From positions 19,840,001-19,904,000 of the forward strand of contig CM097883.1 of assembly GCA_044892505.1 (NCBI GenBank): 64,000 nucleotides of DNA, given 5' to 3'. Positions 55,801-64,000 of the stretch are shown piece by piece. Both the position numbers and the translations under genes were made by a program. Below the pieces are notes generated by a model. That model searched no databases, was not told the origin of the DNA, and was given only the letters and a program-made list of their open reading frames with translations. The DNA is from Schmidtea nova (Eukaryota). Positions within the stretch are counted from its first letter, which is position 1; each line of letters starts with the position of its first letter.

Positions 55801-58800
55801 GACCAATATTGTCACTGCTTACTAGGAGGATGCTCCAGAGTTTTACTAGGAGCAGATAGAATAGAAGAACTTAACAATCACCTCGCAACACATAACGAAA
55901 GAATCACAATAAAAACCACATTCAAATGCAACCTTTGCCTATCTAAAAACTGATTCTTTTTAGCGAAATTCTACAAAACATCAACAAAAATCACCCAACA
56001 CAACCTCCCAAACAAACCAAACAAGACGCCATTTACAATAAAAAACTAATGTTTTTATCCTTCAACAAAGAAGGCACCATTCTATGTAACATCAATGATC
56101 TCACTAGCTGCCCAAACAACCTCACAATCTACTCAACCTATGACCAAATAAATAAACACCTCCACCAAAAACATAGAAAAAAATATGTGACATAAATAAA
56201 ATTAAATGTTATTGTAATACTGAACTTGAGCATCATAACATTAAAGAACACCATAATGAACACTTAGGAATAACACCTGAAGACCCTAACACAATAACCA
56301 TTCCTGACACCATCCTTGTTTCCAACTCTGATATAGGTTCTCATTGACTAGACCAAAACACCATCTCTCTTTTCTTCCACAACTTTGTAAAAAAGACTTC
56401 CACGATCTTTATAGAACCTTTCATAGGCCTTTCTCTTATTAAAAAAGACTTCAATACCTTCTTTAACAACTTCCCTTTCAAAGACTACCCTAAATGGAAT
56501 GAAATTATTTGGCCTTTAAAAATACAAGGGCACCTCTGGATTGTTTTTTATCTTAACAAAAAAAATAAAATAGCTACTATTATTGACCCAACCTCTCCAG
56601 AAAGCCTTGAAAAACATGAAAATATCTTTTTCGATATATACAACGCCATCAAAAACATACACTCTATAATCACACCAATTAATATACCACCAACCAGCCT
56701 CAATATCCCTACTTGTAACAATATTCCACAATCTAACTTTTTTCTCTGCGGCATCCTCAAGGACCTTAACCACAATAATCCAATAACCACTCCATGCATA
56801 GATGACATTAAATATGACCTAGATGAACTCATCAAAAAAAACCATCAACGAAAGAAAACCCGACACAGATGCCACAAAATTTTACAACCACATTAAAAAT
56901 CTGACTGTTTCCCTCAACAACAACGAAGATACAGATTCTAATCTTACTTTAATTAAAAAAATCCACGAAGTTATTTTTAATAATAAATACTTTAAAAATC
57001 AATTAAAAAGAATATTAAATATAAAAAAATTAATCTTACTTATACTCTTAGAAGAAATTACAAAATTAAATGTAAAAAAACGATTGATGACATTATATAT
57101 AATAAACCAAATTTTTCTACTCCAGACCCACTTAATATTTCAAAACATTTTTTAACAAATAAAATTAACCTTAAAAATCTTAGTAATTTATCAAACCAAC
57201 AAATCGATGTTATCACCCCCCAATTCTCACTTATCGAAACTATAACCATCGATGAACTTACGAAAGCCTTCGAAACTCTAGATAAACGTTCCTCTCCTGG
57301 TTCAGATAAAATTTCCTATAGAGAATGGACTTTAATGGATCCTGACCACTCATTCCTTACTGCACTCTTCAACAATATTCTTAGAAATAAAAATAGTCCA
57401 TTAAGCTGGAAAACCTTCAAAACCAAACTTCTGCTTAAGCCTGGTAAAGACAACAAAACCTTCGAACTTTCCTCTTGGCGACCCATAGCTATCCTTGATA
57501 CTTCTTATCGCATATTCTCTTCTGTCCTTAACCTCAGACTCCTTGAATGGATCAAACAATTTAATGTTATTTGTCCAAACCAAAAAGCAATCGGCATCCC
57601 TGCTGGCTGTTCCGAACATAACACTGTCCTATCACTCATTAACGAAAGATCCTTCAGACGAAATACTGATATTAACTTCATATGGCTGGATCTTGCTGAT
57701 GCTTTTGGCAGCGTCCCCCATGATCTAATATGGCATACTCTTGAAAACCTTAATTTTGACACACAATCAATTGACCTTCTAAAAAATATGTATGATGATG
57801 TATACACTTTTTATGATTGTGAGGGAAACCTTACGAATAACATCAAAATTAATAATGGGGTGAAACAAGGCTGCCCCATGTCTATGACCATCTTTTGCCT
57901 TGCTATTGACTTCATCTTAAAAGACATCCTCCTTAACTTTCCTTATATTATCAATGACTACAATATAAGTATTTTGGCGTATGCAGATGACATAGTTCTG
58001 ATAAGTGAGAATAGGGATAAAATGAAAGAGATGCTCAATAGAACAATAAAATTAACTGATAAAGTAGGCTTAAAATTTAGACCAAGCAAATGTGGTTATT
58101 ACCAACATAAGAGAAACCATAACGATGAACCGCTCAAAATATATAATGAAAATATCCCCATAATCAACGAAGAGAATCTTTATAAATATCTAGGTGTGGG
58201 TTTTGGAGAAAAGGGTAAACATAACATCGATAATATCCTAGAAAAGGCACTTTTTGATACTGAAAAGATTTTTCAATCCGACCTCCACCCCACTCAAAAA
58301 ATTCACGCGTATAAAACTTTTATTCACTCCAGACTAATATTCCCCTTTAGAAATTGTAACGTTAACCACATGATCCTAGACTGTAACCGCAATAAGTCCG
58401 TCCAACATAGAGCTAAACAACTAGGCTTTGACCAAAAAATTAAAAAACTCTTAAAAAACCTGGTAAATGATAAATTTCAAAACATAAACAATAACTTTTT
58501 CTACGCTAACATAAACCTTGGGGGTATTGGAGTCACACCTAGTATAGACGAATATCTTATTCAAAGCATTATTCATTTTATTAGACTCCTTAACTCTAAG
58601 GATGAAAAAATGAAAAACTTTATATTAAATGAACTTATTGAAGCTACCCAAAAACGATTCAGAAATAAACAAATCGAAATGGCAGCAGCAATAAAGTGGA
58701 TAAATGGTGATTTGAAAGGGGATAACAGCGGTACTTTTTCTATCTTTTCTAAATTTCGAGATTCGGTTAACAGAATCTTCGAAAAATTTAATATAAAAAT

Positions 58801-59701
58801 TAAAATAGTTCAAATTGACAACACTTACCAACTAAACATTACAAAAGATGAATATAATCATTATATAAAATCTGATAATCTAGACCAAGGCTCTGAGGCC
58901 ATTCATATTTTGACAAGTAAATGGTACGCTGACTGCTGGAATAAAATGACCTGCCAGGGACACATATCTAAAACTATAAGTGATAGTGGCTTTTCCTCAC
59001 ACCTCCTTAAATATGATGAACTAACTGACCAACAATTTTTTTCCCTTATAAAAGCTCGTAATAATAGTCTAAATCTAAACTACTCACAAAATAGAAAAAA
59101 GAACTCCCTTAATATTAACTGTAGACTTTGTAACAAAGACTGGGAAACCCAAGCCCATATTTTTAATCACTGTCCAATTACCCAAAACGCTAGAAGAAAC
59201 AAGCATACACATGTGCTTGAAAAAGTTAAAAATTTTTTCATAAATAAGGAATACCACGTTGACATAGAATGTGCGCCTCCGGGAGTAGAAACCACCCTAA
59301 AACCTGACTTAATTATTTAAAACTTAAATGATAAAAATATTCATATTGTAGACATTAAGGTCCCCTATGACACACAAATAAATTTTGATAACGCGAGAAA
59401 AGATAACTATGATAAATACCTAAAACTCTCCCTAGACACCGCCAAAAACAATAAATGCATAACAACCCTCTCAGCAATAGTTGTAGGAACAATAGGATCT
59501 TGGGACAGTGAAAATGACAAATATCTTAGAAAAATAGGATTAGGTGAAACAGCTATTAAGTCACTTGCCAAAATATGCATGAAAGCAGCAGTTACGGCTA
59601 GTTTTAAAATATATATGGATCACATTACTAATAATGCTCCAACTAATGTTAACCTCCCTTCAAACAACCATTTATCTCCTCAAACAACCATTAAACTTTA
59701 A
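52843..59701 (+). mobile_element. NeSL-clade (RLE-type) non-LTR retrotransposon, disrupted
   Basis: Ulp1-like protease (H*LDQNTI..IIWPL..GHLW..IDP..PQ..LCG, about 56330-56800), RT (SSPGSD, WRPI, DLADAFGSV, GVKQGCP, LAYADD, YKYLG), CCHC knuckle CRLC..H..C, KPD...DIK endonuclease across one TAA at 59318-59320. Frameshifts in the 5' half. Confidence 0.9.
57335..59320 (+). CDS. Reverse transcriptase plus CCHC region of the NeSL-like element
   Basis: 661 open codons containing all non-LTR RT motifs. Confidence 0.93.
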   Translation: MDPDHSFLTALFNNILRNKNSPLSWKTFKTKLLLKPGKDNKTFELSSWRPIAILDTSYRIFSSVLNLRLLEWIKQFNVICPNQKAIGIPAGCSEHNTVLSLINERSFRRNTDINFIWLDLADAFGSVPHDLIWHTLENLNFDTQSIDLLKNMYDDVYTFYDCEGNLTNNIKINNGVKQGCPMSMTIFCLAIDFILKDILLNFPYIINDYNISILAYADDIVLISENRDKMKEMLNRTIKLTDKVGLKFRPSKCGYYQHKRNHNDEPLKIYNENIPIINEENLYKYLGVGFGEKGKHNIDNILEKALFDTEKIFQSDLHPTQKIHAYKTFIHSRLIFPFRNCNVNHMILDCNRNKSVQHRAKQLGFDQKIKKLLKNLVNDKFQNINNNFFYANINLGGIGVTPSIDEYLIQSIIHFIRLLNSKDEKMKNFILNELIEATQKRFRNKQIEMAAAIKWINGDLKGDNSGTFSIFSKFRDSVNRIFEKFNIKIKIVQIDNTYQLNITKDEYNHYIKSDNLDQGSEAIHILTSKWYADCWNKMTCQGHISKTISDSGFSSHLLKYDELTDQQFFSLIKARNNSLNLNYSQNRKKNSLNINCRLCNKDWETQAHIFNHCPITQNARRNKHTHVLEKVKNFFINKEYHVDIECAPPGVETTLKPDLII

Positions 59702-61815
59702 AATTAATTATCATTATATCTCCTCTATTTATATTATAATACCTTTACCATATATAATAAATACTACATTGCCTAAAATTTTAAAATAAATAATGAATAA
59801 TGCTTTGAATAGATATATTTTTTATAGGTATTATTGATAACTTTGTTATTATTGTTTATTGGTATTGTTGTTGTTTTTATTTATTGATGATTATTGTTGT
59901 TACAATTATTGATATTACTATTATTACCGGTTTTGTTAATAAGATACATATATGTCAATAAGACCCTTTTTATGTGTGTTTGATAGTTTTACCATTTCTT
60001 TGTGTGTAGCTTATTTGTCTATCCAATGTATGAAATCCCTGCTGTCTAATTATGTTTTTATGCTTACCCAATATGTGTCTGATAGCTGTACCACTGCTCT
60101 TTATGTACTCTATATGTCTTTCAAATATGTGAAACCCTCATTGTTGTGTAGTTGTACCATTTCTGTATTATATGTGTACTACTTTATGTTTGTCTGTGTT
60201 TGTGTTTGCTATATAATGAAAACCACTTGAATGCGAAAAGAGAAAGCTACATATTCAGACATATATTCGACCCAAAAACAATGGCTGCTGAGCAATCCCA
60301 GGGAATTCGTATGAGGATGTAATCCAAGTGAAAATCCCGACCAACTGGACTGTACCTGCTGATTATGAGGGCCCATCAACGTCCAACACAGAGTTACTGG
60401 AAAAACAATCCTGACAAACACTGATGACGATAGATCCAGACCATCCCTGATGATACGAAAAATCAATCTGATGTCCCTCAACCAGACGTTGGATAAGAAG
60501 TGAATGAATGGACACAATATGCTGGAATAAATGTCTCTGCCCTCCGGGGTGGGACTCGTTCGCCTGTCTCCTCGGAGCAGAAGTTTTCATAAATAAAATT
60601 TATAGGCCCACTGAAAAGGTGGGTCGAATTTAAAAAAAAAAATAATAATTCACGAGAATTTTCTGATAGCGTGGTTAAGTTATACTAACAAACTTAGCAG
60701 TTAAAACAAATATATAAAAAATGTTCGTAAATCAGCCTGATTATTATAATTCTATACTTGCATTGTTGATTTAAATAAATTTTTTTCATAAAATACAAAT
60801 CAATAGGTATTAACTAAAATATATATTTTTATTCTACATTGGGCCCGGATCCCTAACATTTGGAAAGGGCCCGGGTTGCTAACGCAACCCGGCAACCCGG
60901 GTCAGTCCGCTACTGTCTTGATTGTACCAATGATCTGGTGTTGTCCGATGATTATCTTTTATTAATGGCAACCCACACATCTCATTTCATCATTCATTTA
61001 CGTTAGTCTCTGCCGTAACGCTATCAGTCAGACCAGGGTTACGTTTCAATGATTTTATGTAGGCCTAATCATGATCATACTATTATATCGGCCAGTTTGT
61101 TGCTCATACATTTTGTCGATCTATGGTTCGCAACATACACAAATCGCAACATTCAACAGGCATCGGTCAAGTCACAATTCATTTTATAAGCTGGGGATAC
61201 CTCGCAGGGGTGATAGGGGTTCGGGTCATACTAAAGCTTTTATTGCTGTGCTCCTCCACTTGGGTGATAATACATGGTTGGCTATGGTAGAAATTCTACC
61301 CCCATACTGGTGTTATCCGAATTCAGACTATGGTATTCAGGTACCCTGCATAATCGCTTCCTCTCACTCTGACTACTACACTGACGGATAAGTGCTGTGT
61401 TCGATTTGAATTTTGTTAGTCTGTCATTCATCGATATGCTGATTTCACCTCTCCCTCTCAATACTATTTTAGTATTGATTAGCACCCTTCCCTCCCGAAC
61501 TAATTTAGAATACCTATGGTCTCGCCGCATCAACAACCTCACATGAAAATGTGTTGTGCCGAGAGGCCGAGAATCCCGTCAGATCGTCTGACCTTCGGGA
61601 CAAAACTTATGGATTTTTATGATGAGGGTTTGATAAATAAACACAAAACTGAACTCACGTACCTTTATTTTCGTTCACAAGATGTTCTGATAATTCACAA
61701 TTGAACAATTTGCTTTCAGTAAGATTTCATTCAGTGCGAAATTTTACACTCGGTAAAAAATGACCCCTTGCTACTGATTTCACTGCTGTATTTATACTGA
61801 ATGACGTTGCTGGCC

Positions 61816-62230
61816 AGCCAATCAAAATTGAGCATGTCTGTGTGTATTGATTACCTTTCATGGTTAGTGATTTTCTTTTGTGTATTAAATTCGGTAAGTT
61901 ATTGTTTGTTCATCATCATTCTTTTGTTAATCTTTGTTTTGTTTTAGATTATCATCGGTATCGGCCACGCCTGTCAGATTTTGGTTCCATCTGAGTAAGC
62001 TTTTGTATTGATATTTATTTTTGTTTTAATTCTTTTGTTAACTTTTCAGGCTTTGATGTGTACGGGTAATATGCCGACTGGTAGGTTATTTTGCTCAATT
62101 ATTTGCTTTACTTACTGTTATTTTATTTGACTTATTTTTATGTTTTATTTTCAGATTGCTTGGCCCAACAGCTTGTAAAATTTTGTGTGCGTGAAATATA
62201 ATCTTAACAAATAAATAAATATCTTAACAA
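61816..62230 (+). other. Compact four-exon transcription unit (micropeptide or lncRNA)
   Basis: CCAAT at about 61818. Introns 61894-61947, 61995-62049 and 62081-62153 have GTAAG/GTAGG donors and TTTTAG/TTTCAG acceptors. AATAAA at about 62210. Confidence 0.45.
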
Positions 62231-63209
62231 GTAACGAACTTTAAACTAATTATTTTATTGAAAAGATAACAATGTAGCTAAAACAGGTACTCACTCCTTT
62301 CAGTATCAAAAAATAGGTCTTTGAATAATTCTGACATTAAATTTTTAATTTTTCCAATCGTTGTAATCTATTTTTGATTTGGCTCAAATTACGATTTTGA
62401 TGGAATTTTGTATTTTGTATTTACTAATTTTCTTTATTTCTTAATTGGTTTTTTATTTTTGTCTTCAAATTTGTTTGGTAAGTTTTCCTTTTACAATTGT
62501 CGTAAGCTAGTTGAAAGCTGGTTATAATAAATTTTCTTTTTTAAATTTTCAAATCCAATGACCAAGATTTATTATTTTTTTAAAGATTAAACTTTTTAAG
62601 TTAAATTAAACTTCCAATATAAAATTATTTTACAAAATTTACTTAAAATATTATTATATTAAATATAAAATTTTTAATAAAATATTTAAAACTTATTTTA
62701 ACTATCTCCAAATAATTATTTAATTTTAATGCTCGCTAATAACTATGTCCAAAAATCCTCACATCCTCGCAGGTATAATATTATCGCTTTCATGTTCTAA
62801 TTCAAAATATTCTACAGCACATACTTCTATAACATTTTTGTATTTTTTGATTAATTTTCTTTTTAATTTGTTGTCTGAAAGATCTATTACATAACCTTTT
62901 AATTATCTGAGGATATTGTTCTGTTAGTACAGAAATAAATAAGGTACAAATTAAATAATTAATTAGAAAATGACAGTCAGCGAGAAACAATAAAATAATA
63001 ATGAAAGTTGAAAAACAATTAAGAAACAATCAGTATAGAAAAGAATACCATTAAAACAAAAAATAAAATCGATAAAAAATGATAAAAGTATGAAATTAAG
63101 CAGAAATTAAGAAAATAAAAAGAAATAAGAAATAAAATGGAATTAATAAAGAAAAATAATAATAACAAATAAAACAAAATAATAAAATAATATAGAAAAT
63201 CGGGTCATT

Positions 63210-63285
63210 TGACCAATAAAATGATAGCTTGATTCTGATTGGCTTCCTGAACGCTGAATTTAGTATATAAGGAAGCGTTCAGAGT
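63210..63285 (+). promoter_or_regulatory. CCAAT plus TATA promoter with flanking inverted repeats
   Basis: CCAAT 63213, ATTGG 63238, TATATAA 63264. CTGAACGCT (63247-63255) and AGCGTTCAG (63274-63282). Confidence 0.45.
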
Positions 63286-63448
63286 AGTCCCACAATGTTA
63301 TAATATACTCTTAACTTGTCAGTTACACTAGCTAAAATCGTATTTACCATAATTAATCTTGGTTCAAGACAACACTATGAGGAACCAGACCTTTGTTGTC
63401 ATTGAAAATCTTATTCGGAATTGAACTGTGAGTTTCATTTTTTAATAA

Positions 63449-63778
63449 ATGTTTAAAATTGAGAGGTTCTTTGTTGATTTCTATTCTAACGATAATATTA
63501 TAGATAATGCGAGAGTCTGGGCGATCGTGGGAATCGCCGGCTCTCCGGGACGTCGATCTCTGTTTCATGCTTTTGAGCACGGGGCGGAGATAGATATCTC
63601 CATAAAAAACCTTTTTATTTTGGTGAAAGTGATGAGTGTCGGAAAATTGACGACACAGTGTTCCAGTCTCAGGTGCGAATTTGATCGAGGTCCGGATGGC
63701 CAAGTAAAACTAGATTTACCCAGTAAACGAATCCGTAAATACAATAAAAAGCTAACCAATAAAATGATCATGAGCTGA
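63449..63778 (+). CDS. Hypothetical protein or exon
   Basis: 109-codon open frame in a GC-richer block downstream of the promoter-like motif; strand and start are uncertain. Confidence 0.25.
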   Translation: MFKIERFFVDFYSNDNIIDNARVWAIVGIAGSPGRRSLFHAFEHGAEIDISIKNLFILVKVMSVGKLTTQCSSLRCEFDRGPDGQVKLDLPSKRIRKYNKKLTNKMIMS

Positions 63779-64000
63779 ATTTTTCCGAACTCCCGTATTC
63801 CCATTACTGTTTGTTGAATAGAAATCTGTGCCGAGGTAGAAATCCCCCGATGAAAGCTGGTACATGAAATCGCATTTCTTTCTGTGTTTTCTTCAACCAA
63901 CTCAAATACTTCTACCATTTCCTTGTATCTAACAGTTTATTTGATTCAATTCAATCTTGGCGGCGGATATGACCTGTGGCTTATCTGAAATCTATATCAG

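Larger units (their letters stand above)
48588..60915 (-). mobile_element. hAT DNA transposon (12.3 kb including nested insertions)
   Basis: TIRs CAGTGGCGGACTG and CAGTCCGCTACTG. 8-bp TSD TCTTCATT/TCTTGATT (7/8). Subterminal GGGTTGC and GGGCCC motifs at both ends. Confidence 0.8.

Noticed and set aside
20217-56347. Alternative genetic code (UGA=Trp, UAA=Gln), suggested by single in-frame TGAs at conserved or likely Trp sites (20217, 32235, 33153, 37102, 43119, 56345) and TAA at the Gln of YHPQ (9561)
   Set aside because: Long intact ORFs (661, 546, 458 and 419 aa) contain no such codons and use TGG/CAA. TGA also replaces Arg in Chapaev GPQIR (29218), and the same elements carry frameshifts. 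Ordinary G>A and C>T nonsense mutation suffices.
60250-60600. Trp-rich ORF if six TGAs were read through
   Set aside because: The TGAs arise from T|GA junctions of Asp/Glu codons in neighbouring frames of a decayed acidic ORF.
63978-64000. CTTATCTGAAATCTATAT resembles part of the planarian spliced leader as I recall it
   Set aside because: It needs an indel, lacks the leader 5' end and the ATG/GT junction, is AT-rich and is cut by the window edge.

Overview
This is an AT-rich eukaryotic (inferred invertebrate animal) repeat-dense region with two assembly gaps. It holds no intact host gene and reads as a nested accumulation of mobile elements and endogenous viral elements. From left to right: the end of a probable Polinton/Maverick-like element with three small ORFs and a terminus carrying AP-1/E2F motifs; a TTAGGG-containing MITE; a 5'-truncated Penelope-like element with hammerhead-like motifs; Gypsy integrase remnants; a foldback/Mutator-like MITE; a rhabdovirus L (RdRp) fragment; a two-monomer satellite; an SLC5 3'-exon remnant; a Chapaev-3 remnant; an endogenous ssDNA virus pairing a CRESS-type Rep with a divergent PLA2-bearing gene; a mariner; two satellites; a 4.8-kb element with 358-bp inverted termini (TGT...ACA) and a 5-bp TSD carrying a novel membrane-protein ORF plus CHCC-type Gypsy gag-pol; and a 12.3-kb hAT with a NeSL-clade (Ulp1-RT-RLE) retrotransposon nested inside. 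The most unusual items are the TIR-bounded Gypsy composite (nearly one open frame from its cargo ORF across LTR and PBS into gag), the Rep+PLA2 hybrid virus, and an unrecognised ORF family present twice, each copy split by a different TIR element about 10 codons apart. All family assignments come from motif recognition by eye; no database search was run.
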